64,000 bases of DNA from an uncultured delta proteobacterium (GTDB lineage Bacteria > Desulfobacterota > Syntrophia > Syntrophales > UBA5619): positions 64,001 through 128,000 of the forward strand of contig CAWFOM010000001.1 in assembly GCA_963817385.1 (NCBI GenBank), read 5' to 3'. Every line of letters begins with the position of its first letter. Position 1 is the first letter of the stretch. Of this stretch, positions 1-11,720 are shown piece by piece. The translations under genes and the position numbers were made by a program. The notes beneath the pieces were generated by a model that worked only from the letters and a program-made list of their open reading frames with translations, ran no database searches and was not told the origin of the DNA.

Positions 1-2
1 TC

Positions 3-701
3 GCCACGGGCTCCGAGCTCGCCTCGTCGCTGATCCGGGCCAATTTCTTCGAGCATCTCAAAGGCGAATCGGAGCGGGAAAACCATCCCACCCTGGCATT
101 CGAATCCGAGTTCCTGCGCTGGATGATATCCGACGCGGCGGGCGCGGTTTTTCTGTCGCGGCAAGCCAACAGCGGCCGGAAAGCCCTGCGGGTGGACTGG
201 ATCGAGCATATCTCCTACGCGAGCCGCCTCGAGACGTGCATGTACGCCGGGGGGGTGAAAAACGAGGACGGCTCCGTAACCGGCTGGCGGCAGTTGGACA
301 GCCAGCAGGAGGCGCTGGACAGGAACTTCCTGTCCCTGAAACAGGACGCGGGGCTTCTGAATCAGGAGATCGTCAGGGTGGCGGTCGACTGGGCCCTGGC
401 GGCGGTGATCAAGAAGCGGGGGCTGCAGGCGGCGGACGTGGACTGGTTCCTTCCCCACTACTCGTCGGACTTCTTCCGGGAAAAGCTCTCCCAGGCCATG
501 GAAGCCATCGGTTTCGTGATCCCCTCCGAGCGATGGTTCACGAACCTGACCTGGAAGGGAAACACCGGCTCGGCCTCGATCTTCGTCATCCTGGAGGAGC
601 TGTTTCACTCGGAGCGCCTGCGGGAGGGGCAGAAACTCCTCTGCTTCATCCCGGAGAGCGGCCGCTTCTCCATCGCCTATATGATGCTGACGGTGGTATG
701 A
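3..701 (+). CDS. beta-ketoacyl-ACP synthase III, DarB/StlD family (5'-partial)
   Basis: Open frame from the window start; motifs FLRWMISDAAGAV, FLPHYSS, KGNTGSASI and C-terminal PESGRFS fit DarB-type KAS III. Confidence 0.85.
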   Translation, partial: ATGSELASSLIRANFFEHLKGESERENHPTLAFESEFLRWMISDAAGAVFLSRQANSGRKALRVDWIEHISYASRLETCMYAGGVKNEDGSVTGWRQLDSQQEALDRNFLSLKQDAGLLNQEIVRVAVDWALAAVIKKRGLQAADVDWFLPHYSSDFFREKLSQAMEAIGFVIPSERWFTNLTWKGNTGSASIFVILEELFHSERLREGQKLLCFIPESGRFSIAYMMLTVV

Positions 702-1103
702 AGATATCCGAAGTGCCCCAGGACGCGATCAAGACGATGCGGGGCGAGAAGAAGGCCCTCTACGCCGTCGACGACCGGGGGGAGTACACCCGGACCGCCA
801 CCCGGGGCTGGGAGGCGGAGGAGATCGTCCTTACCCAGGTCATCGACGACTTCGACGAGAAGGCCCGGGCGGCCGCCGCCCGGGTGCGGAGCGGCGAAAC
901 ATCGCCGATCGAGTACTTCATGAACAAAAAATGGATGGACCCCCTGACCCTCGCCCAGGCCATGGGGCTTTACCGCTGGCAGGTGAAGCGGCATTTCAAA
1001 CCCGCCGTTTTCAAAAAACTGGACGGGAGGACGCTGGCCGAGTACGCGCGCCTCTTCGGGATATCCGTCGAAGCGGCTGAAGAATTTTTCCGGGGAGGAG
1101 TGA
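698..1103 (+). CDS. conserved hypothetical protein of dar/flexirubin-type clusters (apparent frameshift near 1075)
   Basis: ATG 698 overlaps the upstream stop; MKISEVPQD...KALYAVDDRGEY...GWEAEE...WQVKRHFKP; TGA 1101-1103 is reached only after a one-base shift. Confidence 0.7.
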
Positions 1104-2106
1104 ATGGCGGAATTGAAGCCCTTGGAACACCGGCAGTACGCCCATTGCGAAAGCGGGGTGGTGACCGCGCTCCTGAGGCGCCACGGCCTCGATCTTTCCG
1201 AGCCGATGGTGTTCGGCATCACGGGCGGCCTCACCTTCGCCTATCTCCCCTTCATCAAGATCACCAACATGCCGGTCGTCTCGTACCGCATGTTCCCCGG
1301 GGCGATCATCAAGGGGGCGGCAAAGAACCTCGGCGTCCGGTTCGAAACGAGGCGCTACTCGGACAAGGGAAAGGCCCTCGCCGAGCTCGGCGACCTCGTC
1401 GATGGCGGCCAGTGCGTCGGCCTGCAGACATCGGTCTACTGGCTCCCCTATTTCCCGCCGGAGATGCGCTTCCAGTTCAACGCGCACAACCTCCTCGTCT
1501 ACGGGAGGGAGGGGGACGAATTCCTCGTGAGCGACCCGGTCTTCGAACAGGCCGTCCGGGTCAAGGCGGAGGATCTCCAGAACGCCCGCTTCGCCAGGGG
1601 GACCCTCGCCCCGAAGGGGTTTCTCTACTATCCCGTCCGGGTCGATCCCGCGGTCGATATCGGGGAGGCGATCCGCGAAAGCGATCCGGCGGACGGTGCG
1701 CATGATGCTTCACGCCCCCCTGCCCTTCATCGGCGTCAAGGGGATCCATTACATGGCGCGACGGATCGAACGGCTCAAGGACGGGGACGCGCGGTACGCC
1801 CGCCTCTACCTCGGCCATATCGTGCGGATGCAGGAGGAGATCGGCACGGGAGGGGGCGGCTTCAGGTTCATGTACGCGGCTTTTCTCCAGGAGGCCGGGC
1901 GCCTCCTGGGATCCGCCCCGCTGGAGGAGGCGTCGCGGATGATGACGGAGGCGGGCGACCGGTGGCGGCGCTTCGCCCTGGCCTGCGCCCGGGTCTGCAA
2001 GGGCAAGACGGCGGACTTCGACGCCGCGGAAATCGCCCGGCTGCTCAGGGAATGCGCGGCGCAGGAAAAGCTCGTCTACACGCTCCTCAAGTCGGCCACC
2101 CGGTAA
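1104..2106 (+). CDS. BtrH N-terminal domain / papain-like (C39-like) protein, frameshift near 1680
   Basis: HCESGV and FNAHNLLVYG in ORF 1104..; C-terminal half with QEEIGTGGGGFRFMYAAFL in ORF 1696..2106. Confidence 0.8.
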
Positions 2107-2145
2107 CGAGGGCTTTAAAAAACGGGTTATCATGAGGAAACCATC

Positions 2146-3945
2146 ATGGAGCAGGATCAGCAAAAACCGGATCACCTACCCGATAGGACAAGCCATGCGG
2201 AAGAACGGTTGAGTACGGAAGAAAGACAAACAGAGAAGCCCGGATCGCAGGATGAATGTCAAAACCTCATTCATGAACTCCAGGTCCGACAGATCGAGCT
2301 GGAGAGGGAGAACGAGGATCTGAAAAAGGCGCTCTCCGAGATGGCCAAGATGGAGCTGTACACCGCCCTGTTCGATTTCGCGCCCATCGGCTACTTTTTC
2401 CTGGAACACAGCGGGACGATCCTCCAAGTGAACCGCTCCGGAGCACGCTTGCTCGGGGTTGAGCGCAGCGATTTGATTCGGCAGGAGCTTCCCGTCCTTT
2501 GTTCCCGATGATCTCCGTCCCGCCTTCACTGCCTGCCTCGACAAGGTGCTTGAGAACCGGGTGAAAGACTCCTGCGAGGTAATACTCCGGAATGAGGGGG
2601 GGCAACCGTTCTATGCGCACATTGAGGCAAAAGCCTCCGGGGACGGGCAGGGGTGTCTCGTTACGGTTATGGACATCACCGACATCAAAAAGGCGGGAGA
2701 AAAGCTGAAGCAAAGCGAATCTCTCCTTAAGGAAGCGCAGTATTTGGCTCACATCGGCCACTGGGTGATCGATCCCGCAACGGGTACATCTATTTGGTCG
2801 GAAGAAATGTTTCGGATCTTCGGTCATCGATCCCGGAGCAAGGTGCGCCCCCCATCGCAGCTCGCCGGGAAATCGTTCATCCCGCTGATTTGGATCAGTT
2901 CGATAAGGCAATAGCAAAGGCAAGCAACGATGGTACATCGTTTGATCTTGTACATCGTTTATATCGTCCCGATAAGAGTATCCGATGGGTGAGCACAAAA
3001 GGATACGCTGACAGGAATGATGGAGGCCAGGTCGTCAGGTTATTCGGAACAGTTCAGGATATCACTGAATTGATGCAGATTCAGGAGGAGCTCAAGGAAA
3101 GCCAGGCGCAACTCAAAGAGACACATCGTCTGGCGCATATAGGGGTCTGGAACTGGATTGCCGGAACCGATACCGTCACATGGTCGGAAGAGCTCTACCA
3201 TATTGCCGGTCGTGATCCACAGCTGACGGCGCCCTCGTATGCGGAGCATCCCCAAATATTCACTCCCGATAGCTGGAACCGTCTCAAAGCCGCCGTTGAA
3301 AGGGCGCTTGAAACATGCGAAGCGTATCAACTTGAACTTCAGCTTGTCCGTCCGGACGGCAGCACCCGATGGGTCAATGCATTTGGCGGAGTGAAGTATG
3401 ACGACACCGGGCGGGTCATCGGGCTTCATGGCACGGTCCAGGACATCACGGAACGCAAGGCCCTGGAGATGGAGCTGGCGGTGTATCACAAGCAATTGGA
3501 AGAATTGGTCAAGGCGCGGACGGCCGAATTGGAGGAAGTGAACACAACGTTGAAAGTCTTGGTGGTTCGCCGTGAGGCCGATAAAAACGAACTTGAGGAG
3601 AAGATTCTGACCAATGTGAACGAGCTGATCATTCCCTATCTGGAGAAAATCAAAATAAGCCGTTTGAATGCCACCCAGGAAGCCTACATGGACATCGTTG
3701 AAACGAACTTTAAAACCATTATCGCCCCTTTTATGAAACACATGTCCGCCAAGCATTACAATCTGACACCGCAGGAAATTCAGATTGCCGCCCTAATCAA
3801 AAGCGGAAGATCCAGCAGGGAGATTGCATCAATTTTAAACACATCGATCAAAACAATCAATTTTCACAGAGGAAACATTAGAAGAAAACTCGGATTAGTG
3901 AACAAGAGGGCTAATCTGCGGTCAAATCTGCTATTTATGCAATAA
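2146..3945 (+). CDS. multi-PAS LuxR-family transcriptional regulator (frameshifted into three ORFs)
   Basis: HELQVRQIELE...LFDFAPIGY PAS start; HIGHW/HIGVW PAS repeats; C-terminal LTPQEIQIAALIKSGRSSREIA...TINFHRGNIRRKL HTH. Confidence 0.85.
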
Positions 3946-4024
3946 TTCCAGTATTCCCCTGGTATTCGCCTCGATATCAATTACTACAAAGCTATCTTAC
4001 TGTAATATTTATTGTTCAAGTAAT

Positions 4025-4047
4025 AATGCCGGTTTTAACCCGGCATT
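4025..4047. terminator. hairpin downstream of the LuxR gene
   Basis: AATGCCGG-N7-CCGGCATT inverted repeat. Confidence 0.45.
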
Positions 4048-4529
4048 CCCCTTCATATCTTCTGCGATGTTCTTTATCGTATGTGATAGTTTTCTTAACG
4101 TATTTTTTAGACAACCCGCCTCTCAATCGTCGATATTTTATACAGTGGTAAAGTTCTTCCGGAAAAAATCACAACAGTATGTTTTCATTTAGTAATATTT
4201 CCTTTACTTCTTCATATCATCGGGACCTGCCGGATCATCACCTGTCGGGATGCTTTACGGCTTCAGTCTTACAGCGACGGGAAACAAATAAAATAACATT
4301 TTAACATCAACTATTTAGCAATTGGATCAATAATTGCCTACGCTAGGTGCCATGGACATACGGATTCTATTCCAGAGACTTAGCAAGTTTTTTGCCGCTT
4401 CGAGATCCCCCCCTTTTCGCTCCCATCAGTCGAAGGGTAAACGGAGTCGGCGTTGACATCCCGTTGCAGAACCGAGGACCATAGTGCGTAATGTACCAAC
4501 AATCTTACTGATGAAAGGAGACCGTATCA

Positions 4530-6761
4530 ATGAACGTAACCGTAACCAGGAGAAAGTTCCTAAAAATGGCGGCTGGAGCGGGCGTCGCGGCCGGAGCATC
4601 TTCGATGATTCCCTGGAAGTTCGGCGCGCTAGCCTATGCGTTTGTCCAGAGTCCGGCAAACATCCGGAAGTTCGTCACGACCCTGCCCGGGCTCGGGCCG
4701 TCGGGCGCCAATAACATCGGGCAGTACATCCCGCTGGCGTCAAAACATACGATAAAGTTCGCGGGAATACAGACGGACCTGTATGACATTGCGGTCGCGA
4801 GATTCAGCGAGAAGATGCATCCTGATCTGCCCGGACCGACCCATTTCTTCGGATATTCCAATATCCTTAAATGGGACCAGAAATATCTGGGCGGTGCGAT
4901 CGTCGCAAAGAGGGGGACGCCGGTGCTGCTCACCGTCACGAATTTGATGCCGCCCAAGCACATCCTGCCGGTGGACCCCACGGTCATGGCCGGCCCCAAC
5001 GGCCTGATGACGGGAGATTTGCCCACGAACCGCATCGCGACCCACCTGCACGGCGGCTTCAGTCCGTGGTTCAGCGACGGGACACCGCTCCAGTGGTTCA
5101 CTCCCCTGGGCAAGCACGGCACCAGTTTCATGAACGTACCGGGAGTCCCCTCGATTCCCGGGACCGGGACCTACTATTATCCCAATCAGCAGAGCGCCCG
5201 GTTGATGTGGTATCATGACCATGCCATGGGCATCACCCGTCTCAATGCCTACGCCGGGATCGCGTCTGCGTACATCATTGTCGATGACTTCGAGATCGGA
5301 CTCGTCAATGCGGGTCTCCTTCCCGACCTCGTCGGAATCCCGCTGATCATCCAGGACAAGGGCTTTGTGCCGACCGACATCCTCACTCATGATCCCGGCT
5401 GGAAATGGGGCAATCCGGGCGACCTTTGGTATCCCCATGAGTATGAAGCGAATGTCCTTCCGCCCTATCCGCCGGGAACGCCGAATCCGAAGGGCAGGTG
5501 GGACTATGGCGCAACGGTCGAGCCTCCGTCACAGGGCCTGGCCGGTCCTCTGCCGCCGGTTTCGATCGTTCCCGAGGCTTTCTTCGATACGATCCTCGTG
5601 AACGGCGGCATCTATCCGTCGGTCAGCGTACCGGCAAAAAGAGTCCGGTTCCGTCTGCTGAACGGTTCACAGGCGAGGTTCTATCATCTGAACCTGTACC
5701 CGGAAGCATCAACCGCGGGCGAGGCTCAGGTCGGCACTCCCGGTCCGACCATCTACCAGGTTGGTACCGAGGGCGGTTTCCTGCCCGCAGTCGCGGTCCA
5801 TGATAATACGACTCCGCTGCCGCTGGATCCCCTCGGATCCATCCGGTTACTCGGCAAATCCGGACGGTCCGTTCAACCTGATGCTGGCCCCGGCGGAACG
5901 CGCGGATGTGGTCATCGATTTCAACGGCGTTCCCACCGGATCCACGTTCATCCTTTACAACGATGCGACGGCGCCCTTCCCCATGGGAGAACCCAGGAAC
6001 GACTACTTTACCGGCGCTCCTGATCAGACCGCCTTTGGCGGCGCTCCGACAACACAGGCCGGATTTGGGCCGAACACGAGGACACTCATGAAGATCACGG
6101 TTACAGCCGCTCCCGGTGACAGCATGGGCACACCGGCATGGCTGGCATCGATGAACACCCAGCTCAGGAGCAACTTCCTCAGCGGTAATCAGCCCGGCCT
6201 TTTGTACAACGCGGTGACCCGTCAACACCGGCCTTCCCGTTCAACGGTGTGGCAAACCGGTCATTGACCCTGAATGAGGACTTCGACGAGTACGGCCGCC
6301 TCATCCAGATGATGGGCACCTTCACCCAGAACGGCTTTAACAACCAGGGGCTGGCGACCTGGAGTCGGCCGTATCTTGCGGCCACGACCGAGAACCCGTC
6401 CGCCGGAACCACCGAAGTCTGGCAGATCATGAATCTTACGGGCGACGTGCATCCCATCCACTTTCATCTCGTGAATGTCCAGTTGATCCAACGGCAGCCT
6501 TTTATCGGCGATCCGAGCGACTGGGAGTACGCTGGTCCACCGATGCCGCCGGATCCGAACGAACTCGGCTGGAAGGAGACCGTCAGGATGAATCCGAACG
6601 AGATCACGACGGTCATCATGAAGTTCGATCTGCCGGTACTGCCGACATCGGCCATGCGCAACGCCGTGAGCCCGAGGACCGGCGGTAAGGAATATGTCTG
6701 GCACTGTCATATCCTCGAGCATGAGGAGCACGACATGATGAGGCCGCTGATCGTCACATAG
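4530..6761 (+). CDS. Tat-exported multicopper oxidase (CotA/bilirubin oxidase-like), frameshifts near 5830 and 6215
   Basis: TRRKFLK Tat motif; copper motifs HLHG, WYHDH, HPIHFHL, WHCHILEHEEHDMM across three ORFs. Confidence 0.9.
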
Positions 6762-6784
6762 CAGTTCCTTGTTTAACCCCGACC

Positions 6785-6813
6785 AAAAGCCCCGCGCAGT
6801 CTGCGGGGCTTTT
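6785..6813. terminator. bidirectional intrinsic terminator
   Basis: AAAAGCCCCGC-N7-GCGGGGCTTTT. Confidence 0.75.
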
Positions 6814-6900
6814 TCAAAACACCTCCACTTCCAGGAGCGCATAGTTCCCGCACGGGTCCCGGTTGATGTGCAGCAGGGTCCTTCGCCGGAAATTCTTCAC
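6814..6900 (-). repeat. second, diverged copy of the 3' end of the CLF gene (matches 8161..8247)
   Basis: 87-bp near-identical direct repeat encoding ...LLHINRDPxGNYALLEVEVF*, stop TGA here versus TAA at 8161. Confidence 0.9.
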
Positions 6901-7323
6901 ATCCGGCGGACGGTGCGCATGATGCTTCACGCCCCGCTCCCCTTCATCGGCGCCAAGGGGATCCGTTACATGGCGCGGCGGATAGAGCGGCTCAAGGACG
7001 GGGACGCGCGGTACGCCCGCCTCACCCTCGGCCATATCGTGCGGATGCAGGAGGAGATCGGCACCGGAGGGGGCGGCTTCAGGTTCATGTACGCGGCTTT
7101 TCTCCAGGAGGCCGGGCGTCTCCTGGGATCCGCCCCACTGGAGGAGGCGTCGCGAATGATGACGGAGGCGGGCGACCGGTGGCGACGGTTCGCCCTGGCC
7201 TGCGCCCGGGTCTGCAAGGGCAGGACGGCGGATCTCGACACGGCGGAAATCGCCCGGCTGCTCAGGGAATGCGCGGCGCAGGAGAAGCTCGTCTACACAC
7301 TCCTCAAGTCGGCGAAGCCGTAG
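6901..7323 (+). repeat. second, diverged copy of the 3' end of the BtrH-like gene (matches 1684..2106)
   Basis: 423-bp colinear repeat with scattered substitutions, ending at its own stop codon. Confidence 0.92.
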
Positions 7324-7359
7324 GGGCCTTGAAGAATATCGCCCGCGTAATAACTATCT

Positions 7360-7568
7360 TGCGGATCTTTTTACAAACGGGATAATAGACATAATGTGAT
7401 TTAACAACAGGTGGTTACTGTCAATCACGTGGTCATACACCATCTCTTCGTGTCGGATATTCTTACAAACCCGAAAAAAGTATAATACGATATAATTATA
7501 TATGGTTACGTAAATTCTGATGGCCATACCGTTACGACATCCTACATTTATTGTCGGAAATCTTTACA
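7360..7568 (+). promoter_or_regulatory. three TG(T)CGGA...TTACA motifs (TGT-N11-ACA type), likely activator binding sites
   Basis: TGCGGATCTTTTTACA (7360), TGTCGGATATTCTTACA (7451), TGTCGGAAATCTTTACA (7552). Confidence 0.55.
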
Positions 7569-7750
7569 ATTCTGATTTATTTTTTCATAATTTTTCTTTT
7601 TTGGTAACGACATAATTGCTAAACGTAGCTATATAAATAAAATAAAATCGATATCTTAAATAGTATTACCGTAAATACGAAGAGTAGTGGTACGACGATT
7701 GCAGAATATTATTTCTAAAGATATAAAGAAAAACTAAAAAAGGAGGTTCG

Positions 7751-7981
7751 ATGATGAAAAAATTCTTGTTGTTAAGCTTAATGGCGCTTATCCTTATTTT
7801 TCCAGCGGTGACCCATGCCGATGTTTGGGGTGTTAGAGCCTTAACAGACGAAAACGAGATTATCAAAATCGATCCCTTTACGGGTACGGTAACAACCACC
7901 TATGCGGCGCCTAATTTCGTACTAAACAACACGGAGATAGGTCTTGCAGGGTGGAGCGACCAGTTGTTCTATACGACCTGA
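7751..7981 (+). pseudogene. truncated secreted protein (signal peptide plus about 50 aa)
   Basis: Strong RBS AGGAGG, Sec signal MMKKFLLLSLMALILIFPAVTHA; frame ends abruptly at a junction. Confidence 0.55.
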
Positions 7982-7984
7982 AGG

Positions 7985-8111
7985 AACGTCGACCTTCCGA
8001 TTGCCGCCGAACCCTTCTTCCTAGAACCTCAATGCATCGATTGAGATGATACCCGCGATGAACGTTGAGGACATGAAGACCGATGTGCATAGAGTAATGA
8101 AGGCAACCTGA
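7985..8111 (+). pseudogene. 3' remnant of an unrelated small protein (DUF3303-like C-terminus)
   Basis: Two frames join to give LPIAAEPFFL/NLNASIEMIPAMNVEDMK...*; family recalled, not searched. Confidence 0.35.
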
Positions 8112-8160
8112 CACGGAGGAAGTGAATCTGCAGTTCTTAAGTTAGTTGGCAAGGCGCTAC

Positions 8161-9034
8161 TTAAAACACCTCCACTTCCAGGAGCGCATAGTTCCCGCGC
8201 GGGTCCCGGTTGATGTGCAGCAGGGTCCTTCCCCGGAAATTCTTCACGAACATCCCGATCCCGCAGGCGGCGGCCGAACCGCAATAGCCGTAGTCGCCGA
8301 GGTAGTCGAACCCGGCGGCGGGGCTGCAGCGCCTCGCGCCAGCGGGCGGCCTCGTCGTCGCCGATCGAGGCGCCGAAGGCGACCATGTCCGCGGGCGATT
8401 CTCCCCGCTCCCGGACCCACTTCAGGCAGGTCGCGCCGTCCCGGAACGACCGGTTCTCCCGAAACACCCCGCAGGCCCCCTCCCGCTCGGGCCGGACGTA
8501 AAACCAGCCGCTCCCGTCGACCATCCGCCAGCCGCGGCCATTCCGATCTTCGCCGCCCGACCCGGAGAGCGAGGCCACGTCCACGCCGCCGATGAGCGCG
8601 CTCCTCTCCGCGCCTGCTGCAAAATCCGCCGTGAGCAGATCGATCCCCCGCTCGAAGGAGAGGCGCTGGCTGGAGACGGTGATGTTGCGGCCCCGGGTCC
8701 CCAGGTTCTGGGCAAGGTAGAACGTGGCCGTATTGCTCATCGTGTTGATGAAACTGAACGGCTTGGGCAGCGAATGGGCGGCGTAGATCTCGTCGAGAAC
8801 GACGGCGGTCTCGCCGAGGTTCCCGTGCTCCGTCGTCAGATAGACGGCCGTGTCCGCCGCGAAGGAACGCTCGTGGACGCACTTACGGGCGCCGAGGAGG
8901 GCAAGCAGGATGAACCGATTCACCCGGCGGAAATTCTCCCGGGCGTATTTCCGCAGCTCCTCCTTGAGAAGATTCGCGTCCGCGTTCGCCTCGCCGATGA
9001 AGGCCGAGGCGCTGTGGATATAGAGTCCGCTCAT
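8161..9034 (-). CDS. beta-ketoacyl synthase chain-length-factor-like protein (frameshift near 8315)
   Basis: RRVNRFILLALLGA and PKPFSFINTMSNTATFYLA; ATG overlaps the KS stop. Confidence 0.75.
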
Positions 9035-10209
9035 CCCTTCCCGCCCTCGTTGGAGAGGATAAGGGTCGTGCAGTTGCCGCCGAACCCGAAATAGTTGAGC
9101 ATGAAAACGCCCTCCCCCGCCTCCCCGTTTTCCGTCAGGGGTGTCAGGTTCAGCTCCTCGTCCCTTTCCCGGAAGCCGGGCGTGGAGGGGATGAACCCCG
9201 CCTTGAGCGACTCCGTAAAGAGGATCAGTTCGCAGACGCCGCAGGCGCCCGCCGTGTGGCCGATGAACGGCTTGACGGACGTCACGGGGGGAATGTTCCC
9301 CCTGAAGGTCAGCCGCATGGCGGCGCACTCGGTCCGGTCGTTGTTCTCCGTTCCCGTGGCGTGGGCCTTGACGGCGCGGATCGCCCCCGGATCGATCCCC
9401 GCCTGCCCGAGGGCCCGGTTCATCGTCTCCGCAATGGCCGTCCCTTCCTCATCGTGGCTGGTCACGCTGTAGGTGTCGCAGAGATTCGCCCCGCCGAGGA
9501 ACCGGAAATCGCCGGCCGCCCGGCGCCTCCCCTCCAGGACCACCGCGCCGCAGGCCTCGCCGAGGATCAGGCCGTCCCGCTCGCGGTCGAAGGGCCGGTA
9601 GTTCCGAGGAGGCGAGGGATTTGAGGCCTTCGAACCCGTAGAAACCGAGGTTGTTGAAGAGGTCGTAGCCGATCACCAGCGCCCGCCCGATCCGCCCCTG
9701 CCCGATCATCGACGGCGGCGTACAGGAAGGCGTTGGCGCTCGAGGTGCACGCCGTCGTGAAGGTATAGCCGCACCCCCCGATCCCGAAGCGCTCCATGAC
9801 GGCGGAGGCGATCTTGCCGTAGCCGTCGGACGAGCGGAGGAACAGCTCCGACACGGCCGCGGAGCGTCTTGTGGTGGCCGCCCTCGAAGACGGGCACATC
9901 CATCGACGTGGAACCGAAAAACAGATGGGTCTCCGCGAGCTCGCCGTCGCTCAGCCCGGCATCGGCGATGGCGTGAGCAACCGTCGAGAAGAGGATCTCG
10001 GCGAAATACCCTTCGGAGCGGTTCTCCGGCCGGTCCCCTTCGTTTCGCATAATCAGGTAGTACGGCCGGGTGTAGGGAAGGCCGGCCAGGGTAAAGGGGA
10101 GATGCTGCAGCTTTATCCGCCTATGGCGCACCGCTTCCACGATCTCTCCCGGGGTCTCCCCGATCGAGCAGATCATCGCCTTTCCCGTGACAAACGCCCC
10201 TTCCCCCAT
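9031..10209 (-). CDS. beta-ketoacyl-ACP synthase (FabF-like), several frameshifts
   Basis: TACTSSANA, AHATGTENND, SVKPFIGHTAGACG and NYFGFGGN in successive ORFs. Confidence 0.88.
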
Positions 10210-10212
10210 TGG

Positions 10213-10488
10213 CTACTCCGGTTGGATGAAATCGGCGAAGGTGTTCATCGACCGCATCACCTTTCGCATCTGTTTGCTGTCGGTTATGAGCAGGTTGTAT
10301 TTGTTCTGGATCGCGATCGAGATCTGCAGGGCGTCGATCGAGTCCAGCCCGAGCCGGGAGTCGCCGCCGAAGAGCGGATCGTCGTCCCCGATCTCGGCGA
10401 TGTCGATCGGAATGTCGCACTCCTCGACGATCAGCCGCTTCAATTCCGTCTTCAGTCGCTCGTCAAGCGAACCCTTCATCGCTTTCAA
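10213..10488 (-). CDS. acyl carrier protein
   Basis: LGLDSIDALQI phosphopantetheine motif, small acidic protein. Confidence 0.92.
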   Translation of the reverse strand: MKAMKGSLDERLKTELKRLIVEECDIPIDIAEIGDDDPLFGGDSRLGLDSIDALQISIAIQNKYNLLITDSKQMRKVMRSMNTFADFIQPE

Positions 10489-11720
10489 ACCTCCCTTTGC
10501 CTTCGCAAGATGATCACCGTCAACGCCAGCATGACCGCCCCGAAGATAACCAGCGCCAGGCTTTCCGGAAGGACATCGACAACACCGCCGTCCCTGAGGA
10601 AGATGTCGAGGAACCCCTCCAGCCCCCAGGCCATGGGGGAGAGATTGGCAAGCTCCTGCATATACCGGGGCATGACGAACGTGGGCACCATGATTCCCCC
10701 CAGGGCGCCGAAGATGATGTTCAGGACCCCCCCGATCGTGGTCGCCTGCTCGGTCGTCCGGGCGACCGAGGCGATGAGCAGGGCGAGGGCGATGGCGCTG
10801 AAGCTCACCGAGGCGGCGATCAGGGCCAGGCCGCCCGGGGAACTCCCCGGGGTCAGGGCGGTGCCGCCGAAGAGCGGAACGACGTACATGCCGATCGCGA
10901 TCATGATGAGCACCTGGATTGCATTGATGAAAAGGTACGGAACCATCTTCCCCACGATCAGCGAGATGCGCGACACATTCATGCTCTTGAGGCGCATGAG
11001 GGTGCCCTGCCCCCGTTCCGAGATGAAGGTGTTGGAGATGGGGATGACGATAAAAAACATGGAAAAGACCAGCCAGGCGGGGACGGTCTGCTGGACCGCC
11101 GACGGAATCTTGAACGACCGCCCTCCCCGGTAGACGTACCGCACCTCAATGGGGCTCTCGTCGTCCGCCTTCAGTTTCTGCCTGTCGATCCCGGCGGAAT
11201 CCAGAATCCCGCCGAGACGGTCGACGAAGGCGTCCCGCCGCAGCCCGGCCAGCTTTGCGTCCAGCGCGCCCCTGAGCACCATCTGCGTCTGGACGGTGAC
11301 CGAGGGATTGACCAGGAGTTCCAGGGGCTTTTCGCCCTTCCCCCCGCCCTCTCCCTCCACGAAGGCGGAGAAGCCCTCCCGGATGATCAGGGCAAACTTG
11401 GTATCCCCGGCGAGCATCCGCTCCCTGATCCGCTCCGCGGGGATCTCCTTTTCAAGGAAGTGAAATTTGAACGTCGGCAGCCCATCGATCGCCTTCACAA
11501 ACGCCTCCGCACCCTTTCCCGCATCCCGGTTCACGGCGAGGACATCGATGCTGACGCTGCTGTGGAGCTCGAAGAGATCCCGCATCTCCAGAGACATGAT
11601 CATGATGAACACCGCGGGCATGACGAAGAGGACCGTCACCGCGTGGATGTCCCGGGTGATCAGCAGGAATTCTTTCTTCAGAGTGTAGAGGAGTTTGATC
11701 ATGCCCGCCACCGCCTTCAC
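10485..11720 (-). CDS. ABC-2 type exporter permease
   Basis: LFVMPAVF, QQTVPAWLVFSMFF, ERGQGTLMRL; multiple TM segments. Confidence 0.9.
   Translation of the reverse strand: MKAVAGMIKLLYTLKKEFLLITRDIHAVTVLFVMPAVFIMIMSLEMRDLFELHSSVSIDVLAVNRDAGKGAEAFVKAIDGLPTFKFHFLEKEIPAERIRERMLAGDTKFALIIREGFSAFVEGEGGGKGEKPLELLVNPSVTVQTQMVLRGALDAKLAGLRRDAFVDRLGGILDSAGIDRQKLKADDESPIEVRYVYRGGRSFKIPSAVQQTVPAWLVFSMFFIVIPISNTFISERGQGTLMRLKSMNVSRISLIVGKMVPYLFINAIQVLIMIAIGMYVVPLFGGTALTPGSSPGGLALIAASVSFSAIALALLIASVARTTEQATTIGGVLNIIFGALGGIMVPTFVMPRYMQELANLSPMAWGLEGFLDIFLRDGGVVDVLPESLALVIFGAVMLALTVIILRRQREV

Noticed and set aside
4430..4500. Possible c-di-GMP-I riboswitch upstream of the oxidase (GGGTAAA...)
   Set aside because: No GAAA tetraloop/receptor or GCAAA motif in the right positions
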